Of a DNA stretch of 63,761 nt, positions 1-13,519 are shown piece by piece. Position 1 is the stretch's first letter. Each line of letters starts with the position of its first letter. The stretch comes from Gnetum montanum (Eukaryota; Plantae; Gnetophyta), in contig MNCI01002786.1 in NCBI GenBank assembly GCA_015680685.1, positions 4,766 through 68,526 of the forward strand, read 5' to 3'. A model generated the notes under the pieces. That model was not told where the DNA came from. It ran no database searches and worked only from the letters and a program-made list of their open reading frames with translations. Both the position numbers and the translations under genes were made by a program.

Positions 1-525
1 TAACACTACTGGGTTACCAAACGTTAAGCGTTACTAGGATTACCGAGTGCCAAACGTGTGCTCAAAGTGGTCATACTTATGTTTGCTATTTAACTAATAT
101 TAATTAATTAATTAAAAACATCAAAGTAAATTACATGAATCTTAAATTCTTAAGTAAACAATTAATCTAGTCCTAGTGCTACAAGGTTTATAAAAAATGC
201 TTGACTTTATTACCATTCACACTGAAGTGCTCAAGTACAACAATGCTTGAATAAAGATCTGTACACTCTTTGACTCCTACTATGGACACTCAGAAAATAT
301 TCTAACTTTCAAATGGAAGAATTGTAAGCACTTTGCTACAACTATGAAAGGATTACCATAAATGCAGTAGGTAGGTGCACATTTATAGGTGGAAACAAGG
401 TGCCCCATCCATGGGCACACATCAATGGGTCAAACCCTCCATCGACAAGATCACATTGATGAGATCCCATCGATGGGGCCTTGTCGATGGCATCTCGTAA
501 ATGTGGCCCAATGACTAACTCATCA
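1..525 (-). mobile_element. LTR of an Athila-like element related to A (5' or solo LTR, truncated by window start)
   Basis: The reverse complement begins TGATGAG (ctcatca 519-525). It matches A's LTR blocks, e.g. TTTGAAAGTTAGAATATTTT and GTGTAC(A/G)GATCTTTATTCAA. There is no PPT at its outer edge. Confidence 0.85.
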
Positions 526-1051
526 AATGCTAAAGGATGATAATATTGTTTTCTCTTCAAGTAAAGCCATATCTAAAAAGGCCAAAAAGCCACAAAGTGA
601 GGCTTCCTTATGTAGTGACAAAGTTGATCTTAATGATTTAGATCTTATACTACTTACCAAAAGAATTAGTAAAATGATTGCTAACTAGTTCAAGAAAGAA
701 ATAAAAAAAATAAGAAGCATGTAGCCAAGAGGTAAGTCCTTCAATAAGGTATGAAAACTCACTTTATTTATAGATATTATGAATAATATTTTCCAACTAT
801 GCAATTGATGAGGACATCTTGTTCAAGAAGATGGATGCCCAAAGGAATCAATAAGGAGGTAGAAGACAAGAACATGTAAGGGCCAAACTACTAAGAAGGT
901 AAGAGGTTAAAAGAAGTCCAAATGGGAAGGCAAGTATAAATAAATAATAACTCACCCTATCATTACTACTTTACAAGATCTAGTTTGGAATCATTCCCAA
1001 CTAGATAAGTAAAGTAAAATTTTCACTTGCATATAGGTTAGGATTGTTTAG
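526..1051 (+). pseudogene. Older target sequence, possibly a degenerate copia/SIRE-like gag fragment; continues at 57977
   Basis: Translation KDDNIVFSSSK...SDKVDLNDLDLILLTKRISKM loosely resembles the copia gag segment before the zinc knuckle. This is motif resemblance only. Confidence 0.3.
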
Positions 1052-1927
1052 TGATGAGTGTCAAAGTGTTGCGTCAACAGGCCCCTGTTGCCATGTCAAC
1101 ATAGCGTTTGCTATGTTGACAGGGCCCTATCGACATAGCCCTATAGCAACAACTATAAATATGAGCTTCCAATTCATGTTTATGCATAAGAAGTCATAGT
1201 AGTAGCAAAGATCTTGCAGTTTGTTCATTTGAAAGTTAGAATATTTTCCCGAGTGCTGACAACAGGAGTCATTGAGTGTACGGATCTTTATTCAATAATT
1301 ATTGTACCTGAACCAAACCAGTTTGTATAAAGACAAGCTTCTTGATAAACCTTGCAACATTCTGGATAATTTAAGATGATTTATTCATGCATTTAATGCT
1401 TTTAATTAATTATTCAATGTTTTCTAGTAATTAAGATAATTAAGTAATTATACAAGATAAGCTAGATAGATTAAATAAATAAGTACAATTGCTTCAAGTG
1501 TAAACATGTATTTTCATGGTAATCCCAGCAGTGTTATTGCTTCATGTGCCCAATAGCATAGCGCTTGGTAACCCAGTAGTGGATACATGGGTTCAAGATG
1601 TGTATAGTAGTGGAATCAGATGTTCATGTTAGGACTAGTTAGAGATTAGTTACATAGTTAAATTAAATTAGTTCATAATTTTCTTCATCTTTTTCTTTAA
1701 GTACCAAAACTATAAAACATAAAATGATAAAAATCATATGCTTCGATTTACACTTAACCATACACTTAATCATAGGGGAAAACAATGAATGACCATTAGG
1801 ACATGGTTTGCTTCTTAGAAGACTAGTGCACTAGAAACTATAGAGTTTGCAAAATTTGACCGAATCACACATGAGCACTTTGTGATTTGTATGGTTGGGT
1901 GTAGGGACACCTCTTCATCCCTCATCA
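1052..1927 (+). repeat. 5' LTR of element A
   Basis: TGATGAG at 1052, CTCATCA ending 1927, TATA-like CTATAAAT near 1153. Colinear with 37530-37669 plus 57165-57971. Confidence 0.92.
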
Positions 1928-1928
1928 T

Positions 1929-1946
1929 TGGAACTATTGTCAGGGA
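1929..1946 (+). promoter_or_regulatory. Primer-binding site of A (tRNA-Asp type, degenerate)
   Basis: TGGAACTATTGTCAGGGA directly after the LTR is a decayed form of the Athila PBS TGGCGCCGTTGCCGGGGA. Confidence 0.75.
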
Positions 1947-2077
1947 CTTTGTTTGTTTAAATGTTCACTATCTAGGCTTAGTGGATATCATTAATATCGT
2001 TGGATGAACCCTAAGGTCGATATCATTCCAAAATAATATGACTACAAAAGCATATTAATACTTTATTTGTTTGTAAA

Positions 2078-3400
2078 ATGTCTTCTTCTCATAGGAAAAA
2101 TGATACAAAATTGCCAGCCCACAAGAGTGCAAAGTGATATATACTCATGTAGATGAGTATGCACCTGATTTCACCTTCATCTTACATCAGGATGTGCAAC
2201 TATGATGGCATGATATGAAAGGCAAGATTGTATTGCCCCCAAATCAATCTATGCTTGAGATGTTACTTCAAACTCTAAAGATGTTAGGCATCTTAGATCT
2301 TCAAGAGGAATATGTTGTGAATGGTTATGATACTTGGGACTACTGTTCAATTGAAACACAACACAGGAAAGATCTACATCAAGAGAGGAATTAGGAGGAT
2401 GCAAAGGAAAAATGGTTTACTAATCCCTTGTTCCTACTAAAGCAAGATAACAATGAGGACCCTTTGAGGGCTCTTAGCATGAAGATTCTCTACCCTTTGT
2501 TACTAGTGATGAGGGTGTCACCTTGAATCTATAGTCTACAATCCACAATTCAGGTTTAAAGAAAGATGGCATTCAAGGCAAGGGATCAAACAAGCATCAA
2601 GATGACATGAAAAATAATAAATGTGGATGTGATAACCAAGGGAAAATTGGTAAATTTCATGGTGGAGGTAGTCCTCCTTCCTCTTCCCCCTCTTTATCTA
2701 CATTTACTTCTTCTTCCTCCTTTGATTTTGAAAAATGTTGTAGAAGGAACAAACATGATGGAGGTGAGTAGAGAGGAAATAATACTAATCACCATGCCCA
2801 TAATAATCAAAGGGTAGTAGAGGAAATCATTAGAGACAATGAAATAATGATGATGATGAGCCTTTGTTGGTGACTCAAAGCATGCTTAACATTGTAGAGA
2901 TAGTCAAGATTCCAAATAGGCATGTGAAAGTAGAATTAAGCACTTAGACATGAACAATATCCCAAGCTTTGTAGGATTCTTGCACCTTACAAAACATTGA
3001 AAATGATTGGTAGAAACTCAAGCTATTTCCTAGGACATTCATCAAAGAGGTTGAAAGCTAGTATTAGTATTTGGAGTCATAATCCATCCACAGATGGAGT
3101 ACAATGCTAGAGCTATTTAATGATAAATATCAGATGTACTCTAGAGCATCCAAACTAAGAAGGTATCCTAAGGTTGGAAACAAGGAACATATGAACCCTT
3201 GAATGCTACCATGGATAGATACTACTCTCTCTTACATCAATACCCTGGCCATGGTTATTCTAAGAGGGAACAACTCCACCACATCATAGATGGGCTTAGA
3301 GAAAAAACCAAGAGAACTATTGGGGTTTATGCCCAAGGGAGATTATCTAAACTAAGAGCCCATCAAATACAAAGGTTGATAGAATAGGTTGCAAAAGAAG
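2078..3400 (+). pseudogene. gag: gag of element A, 5' part (interrupted by B1)
   Basis: Colinear with C's gag (HLDMNNIP, WSTMLELFNDKYQ, QLHHIIDGLR, YAQGRLS). Many stop codons. Confidence 0.85.
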
Positions 3401-5076
3401 TGTAGTGACCATAAATGTTGGTGGCTGGAATACCAAGGGGTTTGTGAACACATAGCCTCGTCCCCACCTCTATGTGAGGGCATTTGCTAGGAAATGGAGG
3501 CAAAGTGCCCTAGATACTCTTATCGATCGAATAGGGACTTTTCTAGCTACAACTCGAAGGTGGCATGGTTAGTCAAAAATGTGAGCACTAACAGTGTTCT
3601 CAGCAATATCGAGGTTGATTGAGCCTGAGCGTAGTGGGGTTGCTTGGCATGAGAATGGTGGTGCAAGTGTGCAAAAAATATGTAGAATAGTGAAAATGTG
3701 AATGTGATACTAAATGTCAAAGAAAATGCCTGAGATGCAATGAAAGAAATGTTTAAAATGCAATGGAGTTTGAGAGGAAGAAAGAATGGTACCACCTTGA
3801 ACATGGAGCATAGCAATTACAAATGAGTCTTGTGGAGGTATGCAGTGTACAGACAAGTGTAGTAGTAGTGTAGTTAGAGCCTCTAGGGTGTCTTTGGTTG
3901 AAGACTAACATCCACTACAAGGTTCATGCCTACTGGGTTGGCTGTCATGGTGTCCTATGGGCTTGTGGTGCATTGTGGTGTTGAGTGGGATGCAAAGGTG
4001 TTGCCAAGGTGCTGATACACTCTGGTGTATGGGATGCTTAAGGTACCTTGGATGCCAAAAAATGCTTTGAGATGTTAACTTCTAATGCCCACCACTAGAA
4101 TGAATTGCCAACCCCTAGAGTATGGAATTCAGGGGTATTTATAGGCTTAGGATTGGTGTGAAGTGTAGATTGAGTGCCATATGATGAAGGGGTAGGTGGG
4201 CCTACGCTGACCTTTGCTACACTCCCACTAGAAAAATTGGTGCTATGCTTTGGTATGCTCCACTGGATCCTGAGAGACTACTAGACTAGTCACATTGCCA
4301 AAACTACATGTCCTAAGAGTGCAAGGTACTTGTAAATAGTGCAAAATAGTGTAATTTGGAGACTATGCTCTGGGACTACGTTCTTTCCTCTTTCAAGTAG
4401 GATCGAGTGTAGGTACAATTTTGGGACATAGAGGGGGTACAAAAAAGAGTACAAGTTGCTGATCCTACTTGTTGGAGGAGTGCTAGAGTTGTAATGAAGG
4501 CATGTGCTAAGCTTTGGAAGCTTTTGAAGGCAATTCCTTGTTGCTACACTAGTTACACTCTGGAGCGTAGCACAGTGGTTAGGCAATTCTTGCAAAAACT
4601 GAAGTCTAGTGTTGTAGGTTGGGATAGAGCATAGCATAAACACTTAGAAAAATCTGGCAAAAATTATAGTCCTTGTTCTTGCTATGCCAACTATGCTCAA
4701 GAGTGTAGAAGGAAGGGTAGCTTTAGGAGTTAGAAAGTCTGCAATATGCCCCTTCCATGTTGAGCTAGCTTGACAACGTCTGGCTCGACACTAGTGTAGA
4801 CTGACCACCGAAGTGCTACTATGCTTGCTATGCTAGAGAGCATAGCAAGAGGGATGTGAGCGTAGTAAGACACTTAGAAAAATTTCTATAGCTACTATTT
4901 AACACTTGGAAGATTTTGCAGTTTTGGTTCTATGTTACATGCTATGTTGGGTATGCTCTAGAGTGTAACCTTAGTAGTGGGATCATGGGCTAAACACTTA
5001 GAAAAAATTTACCTTGTGTTGACACTTAGAAAAATTTGTCGTCAAAGTGCTATTGCCTAAATTTGGTGGTGTTTCA
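3401..5076 (-). repeat. 3' LTR of B1
   Basis: TGTAG...GTTTCA, homologous to 29410-31120, with the PPT adjacent. Confidence 0.93.
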
Positions 5077-5090
5077 CTGGTCCCTCTTTA
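5077..5090 (-). promoter_or_regulatory. Polypurine tract of B1
   Basis: The minus strand reads TAAAGAGGGACCAG immediately before the 3' LTR. Confidence 0.8.
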
Positions 5091-6719
5091 TCAACATTTG
5101 GAGGAGTGGCCCAAGAGACATTAACAAAGAACCCAAAACACCACAGTAGACATCACACCAACATTACTTGTCAGTACCTGATCGGATGGTGCTTTACTAG
5201 TCTCAATAGTGCTAAAGGAAATGGTATGCTATAGGTAGTGGATGTATGGAATACGCTTGTAGATAGCAAGGGAGGAATGAAATGAAAATGATGTATCATG
5301 TTGCAAGATGTGGAGTTAGCATGATTGACTATGATCATGACACTAGGATGACTTGTTGCCAAATAATGGCCTCTTGTCGAAGTGCTTGTGAGAGAGCCTT
5401 TGCCCATAGAACTAGAATGGCTTAACCTTAACATGTTGGCCTCTCATTAGAGTGCTTATGAGAAGGCCATCATGAATTCAGGGTTAGACTGATTGCAAAA
5501 TTACAACTCTACTAGATTCTAGCTAGGGATATGTTTTACCCCACTTTTGCTTTTTAACTTTTTTTTGGAATGCTAGCTATCAAATTCTTATCATTGATTG
5601 GACTATGTGCCATTCAATGGGCTTTGTTTAGAGGCAACTATGTTGCATCTATAGGATAGGTGTTTCCTCCTTGAAATGAGTTGCATTACATCCATTTGGG
5701 CTTTGACTAGCCCACAGAGGCTCCCCATGGGACAAGTTACATTATGTCCATCATGGGTTTTGTGGCTAACTAAAAGAAGAATGCCTTGTGCATCAGAGAA
5801 GCTTATAGGAAAGGTAGGAAAATGTAAGGTAGAGAAGGTAAATGTGAGTGGGTTATAGCAAGGATAGTAGCAGTGTGGACTATCAATTAGCTTGGTGAGT
5901 TCAATCAAGCATGTCAGAGTAATGTGGTTATGCCTTGTTGCTACAATGAACCGTGCCTTTGAACAACTACTTGTGGGGCTTCCTCCTACAAACACAACAT
6001 AGAGGAAACAAGAAAAGCACCACAAAACCTAAGAGATAAGAGCAAACTACTGGCTATGAGGGTGCTGCAAGTGCCATGAGTGTTGGACTAGTTACAAGAG
6101 CTTGTAGTGCCAAAGCAGAAAGGCTAGTGTAAGTGCTAGAGCTAGAAGGTTGCAAAAGCTCCAACAACCACATTGAAAGTGAGCACCTAAGGGAGGCCAG
6201 TGAGGTGGCTAAGGGAAATGCCACTATCGGTGCTCGATACTCCACACCAAGGATAAGAGCTTAGAAATCTATCAAGATGATGGGGAGCCACGTTGCTAGA
6301 TGCACTTCCAAGCCCAGGCAATGGTAAGGGTTGGAGGATGGCAATGTTGTGGCTGGGCCATAGTACTACTAGGACTCCAGTAGGTGATGATTACAATGAG
6401 AGTCCCAAACACTAATGAAACACCCAAATCCAATGAAGTTGTTGGCACAGCTTGGAGTGGTACTACTAACGATGGTGGCGGTAGCTTCGGAAGGTCAGCA
6501 AAATACTGAGGGTATTTCCAGAGGATTAGCAAAATGTTGAGGACGGTAACACTACAAATGTTCTAGAGGCATTTTCTTGATGATGTGAACTCCATTCTAG
6601 AACTAAAATGCCCCACCCTACCTTGCTTACGAGGTGTGGGAAGATGATGGAGGATTGGAAGTATTCATGCTTGCTTGTCCACAAAATTATGCATGTTAAA
6701 CTGTGTGTGCTAAATTGTG

Positions 6720-7160
6720 AACCCAGTTTAAGGTCTTGGTAGACCATGATATGCTAGTTTATAGTCCTAGCAGACTACTGTGTGCTAGTTTAACATCGTA
6801 GAAGATGTTGGATGTTGTGCCAGTTTATCATCATGATGTAAGAATGAGCTATGCTAGTTTATAGTCATAGCAGATTATGTTGTGGGTACCAGTTTAGTGT
6901 CATAGACCAAGGACAAGCAGTGCTAGTTTATAGTCTTAGCAGATTATTTGTGCCATTTTAAAGTCAAAGTGGACTATGTTGTGCTAATTTATAGTCTTAG
7001 CAGATTATTTGTGCCAGTTTAAAGTCAAAGTGGACTATGTTGTGCTAGTTTATAGTCTTAGCAGATTATTTGCGCCAGTTTAAAGTCAAGGTGGACTATG
7101 TTGTGCTAGTTTATAGTCATAGTGAACTATGCTATGCTAGTTTATAGTCATAGTAGACTC
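6720..7160. repeat. Tandem motif array downstream of integrase (B1)
   Basis: About a dozen copies of GC(T/C)AGTTTA(T/A)AGTC(A/T)TAGCAG at ~30-bp spacing, including a 61-bp dimer unit repeated three times at 6920-7102. Confidence 0.92.
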
Positions 7161-7198
7161 TTGCTTACCTTGCTTTGCCATTGATGTGGCATTGCATG

Positions 7199-10100
7199 TC
7201 AAGCATAGTATATCTTCAGGTACAAATGATTGATCATATTGACAAACTCATTGCCATCTAGATTAGCAAGCTTGAATGCTCTGTTGTTATAGGCCTTAGT
7301 GACTAAGAAAGGCCCTTCCTAGTTGGCTGAAAATTTATCCATGGGTTCACATATAGCCTTGAGGACTAGGTCCCCTTCCTTGATCTGGTGCTGGTGCTAA
7401 TTATGATAGTGCTTTTTCCATTGCTTCTCTTGGTACCATTCGATGCAATCAAGCATCTACATGCGCTCCTCTTCTATAGAGTTGAGGTTAATAGATCTCA
7501 ACTCATTATTTTTGGCCTCATCAATGAAGCTCAAGATGATCACATAATGGGACCTACAATTCAAGAGGAAAAATTGCTTTAGACGCATATATGAGGCTAT
7601 ATGGAGTCTTACTTGTTGTTGGTATGCATGTTGTGTGATAGGCCCATACTGTGTAGACTAGCTGCTCATGCCATCATCATTTGTTACTGCTAAGCATCTT
7701 CTTCAAAAGGTTTATGATGACCTTTTTTGTGGCCTCTGCCTAGCTATTCACCTATAGGTAGTATGGTGATAAGAAGGAATGCTTAATGTCAAGGTATTCA
7801 CAGAAGGCTTTGGTTTTTGTACTGCTAAACTATGGATTGTTATCTGTGACTATGATCATGGGTAGACCAAATTGGATCACTATGTTGTCAAGGATGAACT
7901 TGCAAACTCACTATGATGTGGTCCTCCTAAGGGGAATGGCTTTAACCTACTTGGTAAAATATTTAGTTGTGGCTATGTTGAAGCTATATCCTACAAAGGA
8001 CTTAGGTGTGATGGGCCCTATGATATCCAAACCCCAACATTGGAATGACCATGTGATCTACGTGGTGTATAGTTCGGTGGGTGGCACATGCATTAGGTTG
8101 CCATGCTATTGACACACATTGCACATCTTAACCTTGGAAACACAATTGTGCTCCATGTAAGGCCAATAGCAGCCTAGGCATATGATTTTTGATGTCATTG
8201 CCCTAGGTGCTATGTGGCCTCTGCATAATCCCCCGTGGACTTGATCAATGATCATTTGCGCTTTGTTGTCGCTAACACAGGTCAACAGTATGCCATCATA
8301 GGATCTATAAAAAATCATGTTATCACCTATAATGATGTACTACCATGATCATTTTTGCATTGCATCCTTTTAGGAAATGGTTAGATGTTGTAGAGGCTCA
8401 CCCTATTGAAGGTATTACTTAATGTCATCATGCCACTCTCATGCATGTGTTGTTCTTGTTGTGGCTATGGATGCAATGTTAGTTGTTTGCATGATAGGTT
8501 TGGTGCAATCTATTACTGAGGTAGGCAAGTCATGAAACATGTTAGGTGCAATGATTAAGGCTAATGTGGCTAATGCATTGGTGATGGCATTCTCGTTGCT
8601 AGGAATGTGTTAGATATCTGTGGTGGCAAACCATTGGAGTAAGTGCTTTGTCAAGTCCCAATAAGGTTGTAAGTGTTGTGATTTGCAAGCATAAACCTCT
8701 ATAACTTGGTTGATGACTAACTGCGAATTACCTCAGATTGCTAGGTTTCAGATTCCTAGGTCACGAGTTGCTTTAAGACCTTTAAGGAGACCTTCATACT
8801 TTGCTACATTGTTAGTACAACGAAATGTAAAATGATAAGTGAAGGGTCAGATCTCCCTAGAGGGAAACATAATTATTGCAATGACACTGCCCCCTTGAGT
8901 GGTTGAAGCACCATCAAAGTGTAATATTATCTCAAAGTTGGTAGGCACTTGGCTTATACTACTGACATGCTCATCTGAAAATTTTGGATCTATAGTTGCT
9001 TGATTGTTTATTGGTGAAGCTGTGAGTTGTGTAGCTATTTATTGACCTTTAGTTGATGCTTACACTATGTAAAATAGGTTAAACTCTATAGTTATTAATT
9101 TTCATTATGTGATTCGACTACTTTTGTAGATGTTCATTGTGATTGCCTAGAGTACATTTCTTTTGCAGATGATGTTTACTTGGCTGAAGAAGAGATAATG
9201 CCTCCACTTCGTAAGTGCAAAGACTAAGGCAAGGTATTTCTTTTCCACATCATTGTATTTTGCTTCATGAGCTACTAACACATGGCTTAGGTAGTATACA
9301 TGTACCTCTAAGCCATTGTCTTGCTTTTGACAGAGCAAAGAAGTGATGGACATGTCAGAAGTTACAAGGTAGATGTAAAAAGGTTTATCTCTTTATGGAG
9401 GGTAGACTATTGGAAGCTGAGCTAGCTCCTATTTTAGGTTTTCAAATACCTCTTAACATTAAGTTGTCCACTCAAATTGGATCCCCTTTTTGAGAAAATG
9501 TTGCATTGGTTGTAGCTTATTAGTCAATCATGCGATAAACTGATGTATGAATTGCAATCTACCTTGTAACCCATGTAGCTCCTTAAGGTTATTTGGAGGT
9601 GCTCAGTTGATGATGGCCTTAACCTTATTGGGGTCTACTCATATGCCTATTTCTGATACCATGAAACCTAGCATGCGACCCATCTTAACACTAAAGAAAT
9701 ACTTCTTAGGCTTTAGCTTAAGGTCATGTCTAAGGCAATGTTTGAGTGCACGATCTAAGTCATTTGCATGATTGTTTGTCATTTTGGACTTAATTTCTAT
9801 GTCATTAACGTAGTCATTGAGAAAGTCTAACAAGTAATCATTGAAGATGTATGTCATAGCACATTGGTAGGTTGCTCCTGCGTTCTTTAGTCTAAAAAGC
9901 ATCATTGTATAGAAAAATGTACCCTAGGGGGTCATGAATGTGGTATTGAGCTAATGCTCTAGGTTGATCTAAATTTGGTTGTAACTAGAGAACTTGTCCA
10001 TGAAGGACAACAAGGCATGACTAGCCATGGTATCGACCAATTGATTAATACTAGGCAACAAAAAATCATCTTTGATGATCACCTTGTTCAAGTCCTAGAA

Positions 10101-10691
10101 TTCTATGCAAATGTGTATGCTTCTATTTTTCTTAGGTACAACCATGATATTAGAGATCCAGTCTACATAGTCAAAGGCTCGAATGAAACTAGCCTTATAG
10201 ATCTTGATGATTTCATCACAAACTACCAATGCCAGCTCAAGCCTAACCTTATATGCTTTTTGTTTAATTGATTTTACACGAGGATCAAGGATGATATTTT
10301 GATGCACTATGCAAGGATCTAGACTTGGCATGTCCTTGTAGGACCATGCAAATGCCTTGATGTTATTGTTGAGTGTCTTTTCGTTTCTTTGAGCATGTTG
10401 AGGCTCTAAGGAATTAAGTTTTATTGTCTTCAACTCATTGCTGAGTGTATCTATAGGGACTTTGAGGGGATCCTTAACGATGTCACCTATCTCTAGAGTG
10501 AGAGCCCTAACTAGATGGTCAAGCAAACCTAGCAGTGCTTCTACAGATGTTACATAGTCATCATGGGCTATGGGCTCAAGGTCTAGGCATTGGACATCGA
10601 TGCATTTGATGAGGTCATTGTGAGGTCCGGTGAGGACCAAGGGTGAACAAAGATGCTCATATGCACTTGTGTTGTAATCTCGCGACATATC
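7199..10691 (-). pseudogene. pol: pol of B1: RT, RNase H, archaeal-type RNase H (aRH), integrase
   Basis: RT motifs FAWSYKDMPSLDP, LKNAGATYQ and YVNDI. RH motif VYYLSH..YNDVEK. aRH motifs FDGAS and CTNNVAKYE near 8790-8930. INT zinc finger VHGGLCRGH..GCYWP..CNVCQ. Ends LKIYYA* at 7199. Confidence 0.93.
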
Positions 10692-10849
10692 CTGCAAAAC
10701 AACCAAAAATAACGTAAAGTCACACCTATCTTAATAGAGTCAAAATGAAAAACATAAGGAAAGCAATGCAATTAATAATTGCCTAAACATACAAGAGTGG
10801 ACATTAGAAAAGCAAGCATGTGAGTTGGTTTTGGGCCTCAGTAGGCCAT

Positions 10850-10980
10850 GGATTACTAGTTTAAGGTCTTAGAGAACCATGATTTGCTAGTTTAAGGTCT
10901 TAGCAGATTATGATTTGCTAGTTTAAGGTCTTAGCAGACCGTGATTTGCTAGTTTAAGGTCTTAGTGGATTATGATTTGT
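10850..10980. repeat. Tandem array of 31-bp units near the acceptor end of the B1 intron
   Basis: GATTTGCTAGTTTAAGGTCTTAGCAGA(T/C) in about four copies. Confidence 0.9.
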
Positions 10981-13519
10981 GCAAGGTGCATTGGTTCAAG
11001 CCAGGTAAAGAGTGTCTAGGTTGTGGAATTAGGTTGGGCATTCGTTGAGCAACCAAAAGAATCTTAGAAATTTTCTAAGTTTGGGAATTGTTAGAAAAAA
11101 ATTTAGGGATTTTTCTAACTTTGGTTGCTAAGCTCATCCCTTCCTACACTCACCCCCTCTTACAATGCTCCACAAAAAACTTAGGAAAATTTACCTAAGT
11201 GTGGGAGTGTCAATATAGTAGGTGAGACATTTAATTACCCTAGAAGGGTATATATGCACAATTCACCAAGGGTGAACTATCATTTTTCAAACTATGAACA
11301 AGGACTTATAGAGCATAGCATAGTTTGAAGTCATAGCCAGAGTATAGCAAGTGGAGTGTAGCAACCAGAACATAGCACCAGGATGATGCAGCATTGTGAC
11401 CATCAACACCTCAAACTTGCCAATGTGGAAGAGGGAAGGTAAGCCCTAGAACACCTACTAGAGATGTAGGTGGAGGAGAGGAGAGCATCACTAACTACCA
11501 AGTACACTCACCACACTTGTTCCTTTTTGTACCATTTTTTCTCTTTGCATTTTGGCTTCTCTTGAATTGGGGTTTGGGTCCTAGGGTAGCGTACCTTGGC
11601 AACGATCATTGCCGCCTTGGCCACCTTGGCCACCTTGGTAGCCATGGCCAAGAGGAGACGATACGCACGTGGGTTGTGGGTCTCTATTGATATGTCATTT
11701 TATTGTGATTGTCTACAACAAATGGAACAAGGGGCAATGCATGGGTTATGCTGGATTTTGTACATTTATTTCCAAGGGATGCAGCACATGGGGCAAGGGA
11801 GAGGGAAAAATAGGGGTTTTATCCCAACAACGAACTGGGATTTCCCTCACTAGAGGCCATGCCATGTGGAAGAAACAAAATGGGACATGAATGGCCATAG
11901 CTAGGTTGTGCATGGCCAGGGTTTATTTGTCCCTTATTTTATCTTTTGTTTTGTCTTTATGTTGGCACATGGGTGAAGGAAATTAGCAGATTGGGCCAAG
12001 GATTATGACAAACATGGCCATGAACAAGGGACAGGGTTTTGCCATTGCTTATTTTATGATGTGGAAGCAATGAAAAATGATGGTAAAGTGAGGTTAGGCA
12101 TCATAGGGACAAATGGGGAGAAGGCCATAGGGACAAGGGAAGGGATGGTGGCATGGCCATGGGAATGATAGCCATGATGAGGAGGTGAATGGGGCTAGGG
12201 AGGTTTCCTAGGGCATGGCCATGGTAAGCACCTCAGCACATGGTATTGGCACACAACAACATTGGGTAGCATGGTGAAGAAGATGTGATGATGGAGACTC
12301 AAGTGTTGGTGACTGCACTCCCCAAGGAGTGTAGCCAACACTTGTTTCTAAATGCGATGGGATGTTATGCTCCTGATAGTTAGAATTTGTTCTTATTAAT
12401 TTTTTACTCATTTTAGGGCCATGCCCTACCTGGGGAGCATAGTTGGTTGTTAGAAAAATTTGGTGATTTTTTAGCTATGCTCCCTAGGGAGCGTAGCAGA
12501 AAGTTAGAATTTTTTTAAATATCATGCTACACTACCTAGAGTTAGAAAAATTTTGGGAAAATTTGAAAAAGATTGCTAAGCACAAAACTAGAATGCCAAA
12601 TGCACAAGATGCCAAGTGCAAAAATGCCAATGGTAAGAATTCCTTATGCAAAAAAAAAAAAAAAATGCTAAATGCACAAAAGCTATGCCAAAATACTAAT
12701 TGTGCAAGTTGGACATATGAATGTTAGAACATGTAAACTATGTTGGTGCAAATAGTATGAATGTAAAGTAAAATGCTAATGCTACATTACTGTTGTACCC
12801 CAATGAGCAGTAAGCTCATCAAATATGTATTAACATCCTATGCTTATGGGGCACCATGGGGACCCTAAGGATTTCTAAGTTATGTTATTTTGAGCTCAAT
12901 TTGCTAATTTTTGCTAAGCATAAGTTAATATTTTATGCCAAAATGAAATCTATTGTGTGCTAATGCTACATTCATTTGTTGTCTTATGGTTGCAGGGTGC
13001 TACTAAAGCCTGTCTTAGTGATCATGGAGCTCATTGGCATCCTATCTTGCATCAACTAGCCCCTATCCAACATGATTGCACCCAACATGAAGTTGGACCA
13101 TCAGGAAGTGTGGTTTCAACCAAGAGTAAGTGAATTCCAAGCTTACCTACTGTAGCACTTTAGTGTGATCATGTGGTCACACTTGGCAATGGAGGTTGCA
13201 GGTGCCATCACCAAGATGTTGTTGCCCAAGGTAAACTGGGACATACTACGATTTATGTCTGATGAGTCTGTGACTAGTGGTGATTGAGTAGGTGGCCTGA
13301 GACTAGGCCCTAGGAGTGTTTGCCCTTTAGCCAGAATTTGAAGCATGCTAGAGTTCTCTTGTTATAATAAGAGCAAAACCCTTTTCAATGCCATGTATGT
13401 GCATACAATCTTCTAGAATCCACCTGGGACTATATATTGTGCCGAAGGGTAAGTGCTATTGCTTTTTGTTATATGTCATTCTTATTAGCCATGCTAGATT
13501 TGCTAACTGCTGACTGCAG

